Assembly: GCA_024704765.1 (NCBI GenBank)
Contig: JAKMXF010000004.1
Coordinates: 1-64,000 of the forward strand
Source: Oopsacas minuta
Taxonomy: Eukaryota > Animalia > Porifera
DNA: 64,000 bases
Reading direction: 5' to 3'
The position numbers were made by a program, and so were the translations under genes. The notes below the pieces were generated by a model that worked only from the letters and a program-made list of their open reading frames with translations, was not told the origin of the DNA and searched no databases. Every line of letters begins with the position of its first letter. Position 1 is the stretch's first letter. Below are positions 11,892 to 23,712 of this stretch, piece after piece.

Positions 11892-12395
11892 ATCATAGCC
11901 TTCTCTATATAAGGGCTACCATTAGCCTCGAATTTTTGGACTAGGGATATGGTGCTGTATGGGGGGCATGCATTAGTCCAAATATCCAAATCGGTAATAG
12001 TCCAAATTTTTGATGATCGAATGCATGCATTCACTGGGAAAGTTTGCCGTGAGGAATTATAGTCATTTACTATTGTTGCAAACATATGTAATTTGGGCCA
12101 CTGCATACATACGAATTTGGACAAATGACGCGACCCCCTATACGGTAAATCTTATCGTTAACTACGTAATATTAGGACTGGAAGCTACAAATATTTCTGG
12201 ATCAGGGATAAATATTAAGTGCATTGTAGTTGATTTGAAGTCAATAATTCATGACATTAGCAAATATACCTAAGCTATGATCAAAAGTTCACAAATTTAA
12301 TCTGATCAATCACGCTTTTCACATCTAGACAATATTTTCACGTCGAAAGACATCATGTGATCGTCTAATAGGATGGTATGTTGGAAAAATGCTAT

Positions 12396-12938
12396 GACTA
12401 TAAAACGCCAGATAGTGAGCTTTGATTTCAAAGTTCAATTATGAAATATTCGAAATCTATGTTTATACAAAATAACAAAAATTGTTATGATAAAATTGGC
12501 CAGTTCTTGAGTTACAGCTAAAACCATGGATTGCAATTCTAAGTCACATCAAGATAGCCAATTTAAAAAACATATCAATTTCCCATGCCCTTATAATACA
12601 TTTTTGATGTGATATCTCTGAAGATTGTTACCAATCATTAAAATGACCACATATGGGGATAAGGTCACAATGAGACGAGATACCACATCAAAAGGTATTA
12701 TCAGGGTATGGGGAGTTGGGTAAGTATCATAAAAAGGGTTATCTTGAAATTACTATAATTGTAACGATTATCAAGTTAAAAGTGAATATTGAGATGGAAG
12801 TGTAAGCCATGGTTTCAGTTGTAACTCAAGAACTAGCCAAATTAATGATGACAATTTTCCTTATTTTGTACACACAAATATTTTGAATATTTCATAATTG
12901 AACTAGAAAACTATAACAATATTTCGCGTTTTATAGTC
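12396..12938. repeat. Old degenerate foldback (palindromic) element
   Basis: GACTATAAAACGC (12396) pairs with GCGTTTTATAGTC (12938). Further matched blocks run inward (GCCAGTTCTTGAGTTACAGC, CCCATGCCCTTATAATAC) to a centre near 12655. Confidence 0.75.
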
Positions 12939-13269
12939 TTATTGTTGCAGATAAACCGTGTGTGTAGTCACTGTATTGTTTGAGTATCAATCATACATTT
13001 ATTGGGCCAAAATGTATAATTCAAAATAATCACAATGATTAACATATTCACGACTATAAATATGTCGTATTACATGTTACCCTCACCAACATTAAATTCA
13101 TTGACAGCTTTTGCTCCGCGACAGCAATGTCCCTCAGCTCTAGCCTTAGTATGAAAAATCTAAATTTCTTGATGCTTTGGTCGCTACGTTACTGCATACT
13201 CGGCACTACGTGCCTAGAGGTAAAATTTTATAATCCATGGTCCATCCAAGTTTCAATTAATTAACTTCT

Positions 13270-14230
13270 GTGGTGACACTGGAGTTGATGCCCTGGTGCT
13301 GGGGTTGGGTAGCACGATGCCCTGATACCCTGGCCCAGGGGTTGGGTAGCAGAGTTAGTGTTGGGGCGAAAGAACACTACATTAACGGCTTTAAGCTTTT
13401 TTTATCTAACACATATTGAACTGATGCAGTGTCCATGAGCAAGAGTACCTCGCGTCCTTGGGCCTGTATTTTGGAGTTGAAGGTTTGCCACTAATTGAAT
13501 AGGGTGTCATCCAAGCATTCTTCTGGCTAAGATATGTAACAGGTTGTTTCTGCTTGTCACCCCCTTTGAGAGCACGGGGATTCTCGCTCTTCCCAATTAG
13601 GAGAGGTTTGATCTTCTCTCCAAACAGGAAGAGCAGAGGAAAAGTGATAACCTCTTCTTATCGACCTTACCAGTGGGCAGAATTTCCAGGAAGCACAAGA
13701 GACCTTGAAGACGACAGTAATCAGTACAGGTCGGTTTCATCACAATTGAAGATGTTAGCTTCTCCGTATTCAAAGATGATTTCCGCCAGACTTTCCAGCC
13801 AGTTCTCAACGACCAATGGGTCCACAACAGCAGCTTCACCTCTCAGCACCTTTCCCTTGATATTGTGGCGCTCCTTCACCCTGGTGAGCCAACCATCCGA
13901 TGCATTAATTATATATGCCTAATTCCCTCGCCTCCTACAGGGCCGTGACGGTAAAGCCATTCTTGGTCTCGGCATTCAGACCAATCGGAGAAACTCGACG
14001 ATGGCCTTTTCGATGTGCTCCTGCTCGGCTCTGGACACAGCGTGTTTTCGTTTCCTAAGTGAATCTCGTCCATAGTATCTGAGGCGCTGAGGATAGATTT
14101 CATATTGATCTGGATACGGCGGTGGTCCCTTTGCCGACGCCATGCTCTTCAACAACGGCCCTTTCAGAAGAACATGTTTCCAGCTTCTGCAAGACAGACA
14201 ATCCAATGTTAGAGTTTTCTTGGGAAGCAT
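13270..14230 (-). pseudogene. pogo/Tigger (TIGD/CENP-B-like) transposase, heavily decayed
   Basis: Minus-strand pieces: LSVLQKLE..EEHGVGK (psq HTH), RKRK..EHIEKAIVEF, ASDGWLTRVKERHNI..GE, IFNCDET, KPLLIGKSENPR, KNAWMT, VLLLMD, VVFFRPN..QP..QGI. Confidence 0.85.
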
Positions 14231-15869
14231 GACAATTTAATGCAAAATAGTAAAATCTAACAGGAAAAAGTAAAGGCTCTCGGTTTGAGAGCCCAGGTTT
14301 TCGGAAGTGCATTGTTGATGTTTCGTTATGCATTGGTCGAACATAGGATGGTGGTTCAGTGATAGCTGCATTTCAGAGCCAAATTGATAAATTCTTTGTA
14401 TCAGACCCTTTGTAACTTCCAGAGTGTCTTAAAAATTTAAGCGATTGAGTCTTGGCCTACAAAAAGACTAGTATAATTCTAGTGAAGCTGTGGATATGAT
14501 AAAAGCAACAGAGGATTTTCTACAGGTTTGTCGACAGCTGAAAGATTTGATGGAATTTGATCTAAAATTTGACAAGAGTATGAATACTTGTATTCCAGAA
14601 TTTCATATTTGTCAAGGTGTTCGTGATGATTACTCTGCTTCTATGAAACCAAAATACCAAGGATGGATTCCGTGAACTGATTATGAATCCAAAGATAGAG
14701 TTTATCCTATACCATGGGACATCAGCGCTTATCCCCAAGAGCCCCATGTTTTGAAAGAAGAGTACTTGATGCACATGGTCAAATATACAATATTGACCAC
14801 AATTACTTTAAAGATGAGTTAAGAACTCTGAAAAAGCTATTTCCAGAAGTTTCTCAAAGGTAATGATGAAGGGAAAGAGGTTGGGCCAAGCTCTCAGTAT
14901 CCACAAAGTTTTCCGGATTTCAAGTCCTTTTTAGATTTCTATCAAGAACCGTTCTACTATACATGACTCAACTTCCTTTGATTCTAAGTTAGCTAATTCG
15001 GGTGAAAAATGGTAAAGAATTATGAATTATTCAGTTATTGAATTTCTCAATAAATGGACAATTTTATTGGGAATCTGAGCAAATAGCGATTAAATAGTAG
15101 TTTGAATTACACATCTACAATACAATTCAATCCAAATATTCTAGATCGAAGTTTAATGGAACATCATAATTTATATTTTCAATTATTCTTTGAGTAATTC
15201 ATGAAATATTCAACTATTCTTTGAGTAATTGATGAAATATTCAACTAAGCTTCGCTTTGTGTCTGATATGAGTAGCGGGGTTTGTAAAGAACCTTGAGTT
15301 GTGTCCAGAGAATAAACAACTACATGCGTACTACCATGTCATATGAAAGGCTTGGGCGATGGCCGAAAAGCAGTTGGAGCAAACTGAGCCAAACATCAGG
15401 ATCTTGAAGAGGCAATAATAATTTTGGGGAAAAGCAGAGAAGGATTCAGGTATAGTAGTACTGCCTGTATTAGTTAGAGTGTAAAATACGGATCATGTTT
15501 TTGTTTCTGTTCTTTGAATGATGATTTGGGAATGGATTTTCAAATCATGGAATCGCTTAAAACCATTTTTAGAGGAAATAAACTGAAAATTTGACAATAA
15601 AGTATATAACAAAGATATAGATTCTCTCTAAACTACATGTTGGCGATGTGAAAAGAGGGAATGTGCAATGGGCGAATGATTACACTGCCCTGCGTCAAAT
15701 TTGCTGATTATTATCCATGGGTTGTTTTTAGTTAACTTGAGTATGCTGATTCTCAATCTGTCATCAGAATTCCCCTATCACGTCTCGTTTTTACTCAAAT
15801 GTCATTNAACCTTTGTACGACAAACTTTTGGACTGACCCTCGTATTTCTTATTGAATGGCATCAGGGCC

Positions 15870-16620
15870 GGTAAAGAATAGGTAAGTTACTGATGAAGGC
15901 AGAACTTTTAAACAAGAGTGGACATTACAGTACTTTTTCATAGAGGAGAAAGGAAAACCGATGTCTTATCTGTAATCAGAGTGTAAATGTAATGAAAGTC
16001 AGTAGTGTATCCAGACACAACGACACAATGCATAAAGATGAATTTGAAGAACTTCATGGTGAGGCCAAGGAACAAAGACTCGATAAACTAATGAAGGGAC
16101 TGAAACGTCAACAGGATTCACTTTTTAAGCCTACAATTGAGGAAGAATAAGCTATGTTTTCCTGTTACATTGTATTACAGAAGATCGTCGAAAAATGCAA
16201 ACCATTTTCAGATGGCGAATTTATCAAAGAATGTATGGTGGCATGTGCAATGAAACTTTGCCCGAAGGAAAAGCAGAAGTTCGAAGATGTTAGTCTGTCT
16301 CGCCAAAAAGTCATTCTGAGAATTGTGGACATGGCAGGTGGTAGTACAGAACAACTGACAATAGTTGGCAAGAAGTTCGAGTATTTTTCTCTTGCTCTTG
16401 ATGAGAGCACGGATATCTCCGGTACATCGCAGCTTTTGATCTTTGTTCATGGAGTAAATGATGACTTGCAATAACAGAAAATTAATCGAAATGCGCTCGA
16501 TGGTGAGTACCACAACCGAAGCAGACATTACAGCAGAAACAACCAAAGAGCTTGAGGCATAGGATTAGGTGGTACATGGGGAAAACTGAGTGGAGTAACT
16601 ACTGATAAAGCCCCTGCCAG
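15870..16620 (+). pseudogene. GTF2IRD2/SPIN-like (Buster-group hAT) transposase, N-terminal half, cut off by the Harbinger
   Basis: RTFKQEW..YFF, KPFSDGEFIKECM, VSLSR, FSLALDESTDI..QLLIFV and ...VTTDKAPA immediately before the Harbinger end. Contains stops and frameshifts. Confidence 0.85.
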
Positions 16621-16624
16621 GGGC

Positions 16625-16900
16625 CTCTTCACTAAATAACTTAACTTAAGATTTGCTTAACTTTAAGCAAAAACTAAGTATTTGGTTAAACTTAAGTAAA
16701 ACTCAAGTAAATCTTAAGTTTAATTTAAGTTGGTATTTACTAAGCAAATTTAAGCAAAAACAAAATATTTGCTTAAAGTTAAGCAAAACTAAGTATTTGC
16801 TTAAACTTACCCAAATATTACCAAAAAACTTAAGTCATGTCTATAGTTGACTTAACTTTGATTATCTATTAACCTATTGCAAATTTCCTAGCAAACTTCT
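16625..16900. repeat. Harbinger subterminal array of CTTAAG/TTAAGCAAA motifs in both orientations
   Basis: Dense recurrence of ACTTAAG, TTAAGCAAA and TTTGCTTAA directly inside the left terminus. Confidence 0.7.
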
Positions 16901-16950
16901 CATAATAGGTATATTGATTATCCATTGATGGACGTATCTAATATACTATC

Positions 16951-16993
16951 GTTGTTGTTGTTGTTGTTGCTGTTGTTGTTATTGTTGTTGTTG

Positions 16994-17080
<87 letters not shown>
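16951..17080. repeat. Inverted triplet microsatellite (GTT)14-G-(AAC)29
   Basis: Read directly. The GTT tract (16951-16992) has two interruptions (GCT, ATT) and the AAC tract (16994-17080) is pure. Confidence 0.97.
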
Positions 17081-17081
<1 letters not shown>

Positions 17082-17119
17082 CCTATCTAATTCTACAAAG
17101 AACTTTTGTGATATCAATA

Positions 17120-18097
17120 ATGGCATCAGCGCTTCATATTCTTGATCTTGAAATTGCTAGTAGCTTGCGCTGTCAAAGAGTTTTCAGAGATCGACTAAAT
17201 CCCCTTGATGAATATTCTGATGGAGAATCTATTGTTCGTTACAGAATTACTCGCAATATTTTTATGGAACTTCTAAATGCGATACTGAGTAAATTATTCC
17301 AATCAACAACACGTTTCCATTCCATACCTCCAACAACACAATTGGCAGTAGCACTACAGTTCCTAGCAGGTACATTTCAGAAAGTAGTTGCTTCTGCTCA
17401 TGGCATTTCACAAACATCTGTATCAAGGTGTGTCACTGCAGTGTGTGATGGCTTATCCAAGAATCCTTTCTTCACATGGAGGATTTCCTCTTGTGTTCGG
17501 TTGCATTGATGGCTCACTTGTAGTTATCACCGTGCCTGCATTCAATGAAGAAATGTATGTCAATCCAAAGTTGTTTCATTCTATTAATATACAAGCAATT
17601 TGCGATCATGAATTTCTTTTCATAGATTCCGTTGTTATGTGGGCCGGGAGTACACATGATACATTCATATGGCGACAATCAGCTGCAAACGAAAAAATAT
17701 CAAATGCACTATACCAACAGTTCATGGATGGTTATTGGGTGATAGTGCGTATGGATTAAAAACGAATCTCATGACTCCAATACCATCTCCAACCACTCCT
17801 GTACAAAGAAGATAAAATCGAGCCTTTGTAAAGGTTCGAAAAACGATCGAATGTTCTTTTAGAATTTGGAAAAGTCGTTGGCGCTCAATGGACAAAACAG
17901 GAGGTTCCTTTCTTACAGTCCGGAAAAGTGTTCCAAAATTATTATGGCAACTATGGTACTACATAACATTTGTATCAACCATGGCCTCGATTCTGACATC
18001 GATACACTGGATGAACAAAATCATGAGACTCACACTCCCCATTTTTCAGGAATGGAGTATTGATGAGACAAGAAATAATATCATCTTTCGATGTTAA
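17120..18097 (+). pseudogene. Harbinger nuclease (HARBI1-like DDE transposase), frameshifted
   Basis: RVFRDRLNPL, QLAVALQFLA, GISQTSVSR, GFPLVFGCIDG, HSINIQAICD, GSTHD, IECSFRIWKSRW, YSPEKCSKII.ATMVLHNIC. Confidence 0.9.
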
Positions 18098-18191
18098 CTT
18101 TGGATATTAGTTATTTTAGCAGTTTCATTTGAATATAATTAAATAATAACAGTTATAGACATGAGGGAACGCCATTGCCTTACTTTCTAAC

Positions 18192-18979
18192 TTAGCAATA
18201 CACTGATATAAGTATGCAAAAAACTAAATTAATCAAAAATTGTGGATTATGGTACATTACCAGGGGGAGATTCGTTGGAAATCTGCTTGGAGTAACGAAT
18301 GAAAACGATTGTTGTGCCAGGAAATTAATTAGTGCTGTTCGATTTTGAACCATTTCAGGGAGTAACTGGAGTGCGTTCTCAATAGATACCAAATTCTCTT
18401 TGATCTCTCTCAAAATTACTAACTTCTCATCCTCTTTTGAAATAAGAATACGTTTTGTATCATCGTCAATGGACGTTACCAACTGTGGATCTTGTCTTTT
18501 CCTCCTAACTGCTGGTACATGACCATCAAACGGGACTGAAGGATTAATTGACTTTTGTTCTGCTGATAGTTGTGAACTTTGTGGCTTAGCAGAGACGTCT
18601 ATTCCACAACTAATTCCTTCGAAGCTTTCTGTACCCCTTATGCTATAGATCTTTTCCTCCAATGGGGTCAACTCTGCATCTGCTGGTCCACCACAGTTTT
18701 ACTGATAGATTTTATTTTATCTGCAATTAGAGGTTTGTACTTGCACAAAAGGTTGGACCACTTCTTTGTGACATCATCTCTAGACCTATGCACACCGTGT
18801 TGACTTGTTAAACCACTCACAACTTGATCCCAAAGTGAAACTTTTTCTTCAAAAGTTAGCCTGCACTAAAGCTACAAAATAGCCTAGATTTATTTTCTTC
18901 CACTAAATTAACTAATGTATTGATTCTTCCCGCGAGTAATTTTTGATCTTGTTTTTGTTTTATCTTGTTAAAGGTCCAT
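18192..18979 (-). pseudogene. Harbinger Myb/SANT-like DNA-binding protein (NAIF1-like), frameshifted
   Basis: KNYSREE..LVNLVEENK, EEKVSLWDQVV, RSRDDVTKKWSNL, TGGGP..LTPLEEKIYSIRG across frames. Confidence 0.8.
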
Positions 18980-20737
18980 TTTTCGAATTTATACTATAAA
19001 CACTAGAAGTTCTCTCGAAGATGTATATAGTTTAGAACTACTTAATTTTTCTCAGCTGCTGGATCAATCAATAGTATATTTCACCACCTTATGACTGTTT
19101 GTTTAGATTTTACACAGTTATTATCAAAATAATATTGGGTAATTCACCAACATTCTTCAATATGGCTTTCGGTGTTATATTATGACTACATGTTACCATA
19201 TTATTAAATGGATTAGGAAAGTATGATGTACTGTATTTACTTGAAAAATAGCTCGTACGTGAATAATTGCTTACCCCGAAATATAAAGTAATATTAGTTG
19301 AGAAAACCTTCTAACACGATTCGTCTGAAACTTATAGATTACCTAGGAAAATGGTTAATTTAGTGCGTATATTATTACTAGAGGTACGTGTTTTGTTGTT
19401 ATTCTTTTATAGTAGCAAACCTTAGAAGGACTATTTCGGTATTTTACTTACAGTATGTCCAATAATTATGTCAACACTAGGGGGATTTCTTAGTGTAACC
19501 CAGAAACAATAAATATGAAAGTATATGATCTAGTTCTTTGTCTACTTGTTGAGAACACACTAAAGATTAATATTTGATCTTATTTCCATCGTTTTCTAAG
19601 ACCATCTGACATCGACGCGTCATAGACTTACAATAGGCTTCCTAAAATTCGGGTGTGAGAGAATCCCAAATTGCTTGGATACACTTTTCAAGCTCAGCAA
19701 TGGATTTGGCATGTTATTTTGCAACTTGATTTTTAACCAGCCGAATTGATTTTCTATCGAATTAAGGTCTCGTGATTGACTGGGCCATTGAAAGACATTA
19801 TTTGGCATTTTTTCTGAGATCCATTGTTGGGCTATTTTTGAACAGTGCTTTGGATCATTATCATGGACGAGAAACCATCTATTTCCGTGGCAAGCCTCAG
19901 CCTGTGAAAGAAGATGCCATTCAAGGATCTTAACAAATAATTGTGCACCCAAATTCTGACCAAATATGTACAATGGGAAGGTACCGAAAGATGAAAATGC
20001 AGCCCATATGCGTACTTCCGGTGAGTGTTTGGTAGTTTTTTGTGATCGTTTTTTTCCAGATTTTGTCTACATTCGAACCTTCCCACGGTTAAACCAGAAA
20101 GAAGCTTCATCTGCAAACACAGCTCTATACCACAGTTTAAATTTGTTTTCTGTGTTCATTCAATTCTGAAGAGACGATTTTTTTCAGATAACAATGGAAT
20201 CTGGACAGGAAATGGCTTAGAGTATTTCAGTTTCTGAAGAGTAAGATGGGCTGTACTTTTACTGACAGTCAGTTTCTTTGTTTTAGCTATCCTGGTTTTA
20301 AGTTTACATACACTAGTCTCTGGATCTGATTGGATGAACTGAGTAGCTGTAAATTTTATTGAATTGCCAAGTAAATTTGGTCTACCACCGCCTCTTTTGT
20401 GTTTAACTGTCATATTTGTTTGGAGGCTTTTTTTCCCTGTAAACTGTCTCTCGACCAACATCTAAAATGCATGAGATTTCAGTAGGTGTATAAGGGGGAA
20501 CAAAAGTCTTGGCCGGTTGTATTATGGTGGCTGACATAAAATATTTCAAGGCCACAATACCTAATTATTTACCACTATAATCACCACCTCTTTCTAAAAC
20601 TTATTTCATTCGATTAGGCATCCCATTCACCAGGTTTCGAAGTAAGTCCGGTGAAATCGTCTTCCATGCCGTTTTTAGGTTTGCAAATAGGGCCTGAATC
20701 GTGGTGACTTGGCCCATTTCATCCTACAGTTCATATA

Positions 20738-22100
20738 CCGGGTGTTTCAAAAATTTGGCCCAGTTACATCTTTTTCTCTCTATGTACAGGTATTCTATTA
20801 TAGCAATATTTTCTCTTCACTATATGGCAGAAACAACTCTTGTGAATACATCCATGCAAAATTGGAAGTTGGAACACCGCATATTCTGTGTCGAATTCTA
20901 CTTCAAACATGGATCGTTTACGACGGTCAATGAGTTATTTCATGCAAAGTTTGAGGCAGCTTCCTCGCCCTGTAAGAGTGTGATTCAATCCTGGGTTAGC
21001 CATTTTAGGGCTTATGGGATCGTGCTAAACCTAAATACAAAGGATCCCAAGCGTCCAACTCATTCTGGGAGACCTAGGAAGAGAACTGCGGAAGTTATTG
21101 ATGATGTCAGGGAGGCAGTTGGAAACAGCCCAAAAAGGTCAATCCGGAAGAGGAGCCAGTCTCTTGGTATCACCCATACCACCCTCTGGAGAGTCTTGAA
21201 ACAAGATTTGTCCTTTTTTCCCTATAGAATACAAACTGGCCAGAAGCTATCAAATGTAGATAAGGTCAAGAGGGTAGCTATGGCTGAGAAATTGGTCGCC
21301 AAAGTTGAAAGTTGTGACTCATTCCTTGGGCTTCTCTTCACCTCGGATGAGGCTCATTTTGAGCTGGATGGGCGGGTCAATAGTAAGAACAATGTATTTT
21401 GGGGTACTCAGAAGCCTTCAGAGATAGTTCAGAAGCCATTACATTCCGAAAGATGCACCGTGTGGGCTGCTATTGGGGCGAGAGGCATCATTGGACCTAT
21501 TTTCATTGAAGAAAATGGTCGAAATGTGACTGTGACAAAGGAACGCTACGTCAAGGTGCTTAATGAGTTCTGGAAAGAAGTGGAATCACTCTACCCCTCT
21601 CTACTACCCAAATTATGGTTCCAGCAGGATGGAGCCCCTGCCCATACCTCATTAATTGCTAGGGAATGGCTTAAAAACCACTTTGGAACCAGAATCATCA
21701 GTCGACTGACCCCCTTTGAGTGGGCCCCTCATAGCCCGGAGCTGAGCCCCCCTGATTTCTATCTTTGGGGCAATTTGAAGGATAAAGTATATGCTAACAA
21801 ACCCCAGAGCATCAGAGAACTAAAAATATCCATTAAGGATGAAATGGGAAAGATTCCAAAGTCAGTGTGCATGGATGTAATGACGAATTTTGTGAAAAAA
21901 CTAAGAAAATGCATGGAAGTTAATGGCGGGCACCTAGAACATGCTATAAGTTGGGTATTTCAGTAATTTCAACCTTTTCCCTTAGTTATATTGTTAAAAA
22001 GTAGTATATTTATACTAGTTATCAATGGTATATCTGAATACATAGAATCGTCTGAAATATGGCTCCATGATTTTGGGCCTGTTTTTTTTGAAACACCCGG
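20738..22100 (+). mobile_element. DD41D (rosa/Visitor-like) element, apparently complete, innermost of the nest
   Basis: TA|CCGGGTGTTTCAAAAA..GGCCC ... GGGCC..TTTTTGAAACACCCGG|TA, 1363 bp. Confidence 0.93.
20824..21966 (+). CDS. Uninterrupted DD41D transposase, 380 aa (370 aa if it starts at ATG 20854)
   Basis: HTH with SGRPR, FTSDEAHF, VWAAIG, WFQQDGAPAH...SPELSPPDFYLWG (41 residues between the Ds) and C-terminal NGGHLEH. No stops or frameshifts. Confidence 0.92.
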   Translation: MAETTLVNTSMQNWKLEHRIFCVEFYFKHGSFTTVNELFHAKFEAASSPCKSVIQSWVSHFRAYGIVLNLNTKDPKRPTHSGRPRKRTAEVIDDVREAVGNSPKRSIRKRSQSLGITHTTLWRVLKQDLSFFPYRIQTGQKLSNVDKVKRVAMAEKLVAKVESCDSFLGLLFTSDEAHFELDGRVNSKNNVFWGTQKPSEIVQKPLHSERCTVWAAIGARGIIGPIFIEENGRNVTVTKERYVKVLNEFWKEVESLYPSLLPKLWFQQDGAPAHTSLIAREWLKNHFGTRIISRLTPFEWAPHSPELSPPDFYLWGNLKDKVYANKPQSIRELKISIKDEMGKIPKSVCMDVMTNFVKKLRKCMEVNGGHLEHAISWVFQ

Positions 22101-23712
22101 TATAATACCCCAAAGATTTTCAATCGGATTCAAGTCGGGGGAGTTAGCTGGCCACTTCCCTTTCTTCCATAACTGAGGGAACTTCTCTGAACACCACTGC
22201 TGCGTGACATTGGCTGTGTGTGCGGGGGCACCATCCTGCATGAACAGAAATTCTGACATGTTTTCCAACATCGACCTATCAATAACAGACCCCTTTTTAG
22301 CTTTACGAGCGATCGCATCTAGACAGATTTTCTTCAATATTTCGTTCCTATAGTAGGCTCCATTGACGGTTTGTTTTTGGGGCAATGCGCAGTTCTGATA
22401 GCGCTCTGTGCGACATCATTCCTCAGACCATGATTTTGCTGGGAATTTGACCTGAAAAATAGGCTCAATATTTTGTGAACTAATTGCCCATACTCGATCA
22501 TTCTGTCTATTTGGCGAATGAAATATCTCAAATAGTGATTCATCAGGCCAGAACACATTATTCCAATCTTCGAAAGACCAATTCTCTGATCCCGAGCGAA
22601 TTTCAATCGATTTTCCTTGATTTATTGTGTAATTTTTGCCCATTTGGGACGTTTATAGGGTCTGGCATCAAGCCTTTGTGCTAAGTGCCGCTGAATTATC
22701 ATGTGAGATATGGGGTTTCCTCTGATAGATAATCTCCTCGGCAATTTTCGGGTTGATTGCCTCCTTTCCCCAAGGATTTCTTAATCACAATTCGTGATGC
22801 CCGTTTCAAAATTTGAGGCCGTCCGCATCAAGGCTTAGTCTCCATAGTCTCACCGCATTTGTGTTGACTCAACCATCTCCGTACTGATCTTACTCCAATA
22901 TTTAGACGTGTAGCTACCTCTTTTTGAGTAATGCCTCCTTCAAGCATCTCAATTGATTTCGAACGGAGCTCGACTTCGTGATCACTGAACATTCATTGTC
23001 CCGAAAAACACTAGCAAGGTACATATGCTAAATATAATTGGAGAGCAGTGTTGAAGATATTCATTATGCCTATAGTATAAAAGTAGTTGCTATATAGTAA
23101 CTATCAGTCAACTAGCATTTCCGTTGTATGCTATAATTACTAGTATATATTAAATCCATCTACGATTGAGAACCGGCAAAGACTTATGTTACACCCTGTA
23201 TGTTTATCGCCAATCAATAGAGTTTTGATCTTTTCTCTGATCACCTCTTGAGTTATATCAACCCTGAATGCCAAATTATTCAGCTAAAAGGTAAGGGAAT
23301 TTCTAATTTATGATGAAAGGTACTAAATGATGACGTCATCCTCATCAGTAAAAAAATATAATCCTATTGTGTTTACTCGGATTTATCTTCAAATAGATCC
23401 AATTAACTTTCTATATTAGTACAGTAACTACTACTTATCAAATTGAATTATAGCAGTGGTTGAAATAGAAATAATGATGTGTTTTAATAATTATTGGACA
23501 TGCTGTATTTGCATTCTTTCTCACCAATTTCTCAAAATGATTTTCTATAAGATAACTTCATATTCTCCATTGATTAGTGCTCAATTGGGATCCTAATGGC
23601 TACAGTATGTCATTAACGGTAGTTTACTAGTATGCAACGAATCATCATATTCAAATATTTGGACGAAAGTGATCGACAGATCATTTTATTTTACGTACAA
23701 AATTGAATTCAG

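Larger units (their letters stand above)
16621..18979. mobile_element. PIF/Harbinger transposon with two convergent genes; right TIR not found
   Basis: The left end CAG|GGGCCTCTTCACTAAA is followed by a repeat-rich subterminal zone, a HARBI1-like nuclease (+) and a Myb/SANT gene (-) arranged tail to tail. Confidence 0.85.
20491..23198 (-). mobile_element. DD37E (TRT-like) element, decayed, middle of the nest
   Basis: TIRs TAAGGGGGAACAAAAGTCTTGGCCGGTT and CAGGGTGTAACATAAGTCTTTGCCGGTT with TA TSD. MQDGAPAH...SPDLNPIE gives 37 residues between D and E. The C-terminus (LKTAWKTISPDLLRNLVNGMPNRM) resumes below 20737. Confidence 0.88.
19451..23505 (-). mobile_element. Tc1-like DD35E element, outermost of a triple nest
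   Basis: TIR CAG(T/C)ATGTCCAATAATTAT at 19451 and 23505 with TA TSD. The N-terminus ..IREKIKTLLIGDKH|TPTEISCILDVGRETVYR rejoins across the 20491-23198 insertion. Motifs VFADEA and HDNDPKH...DLNSIE are present, with 35 residues between D and E. Confidence 0.9.

Noticed and set aside
15807-15807. Single N base
   Set aside because: Assembly ambiguity. It does remind that local junctions need read support.
16938-17126. Poly-Cys/poly-Thr ORF
   Set aside because: Antisense reading of the triplet microsatellite.
20701-20823. Extended N-terminus of the DD41D ORF given by the track
   Set aside because: Starts at GTG outside the element and runs through the TIR.
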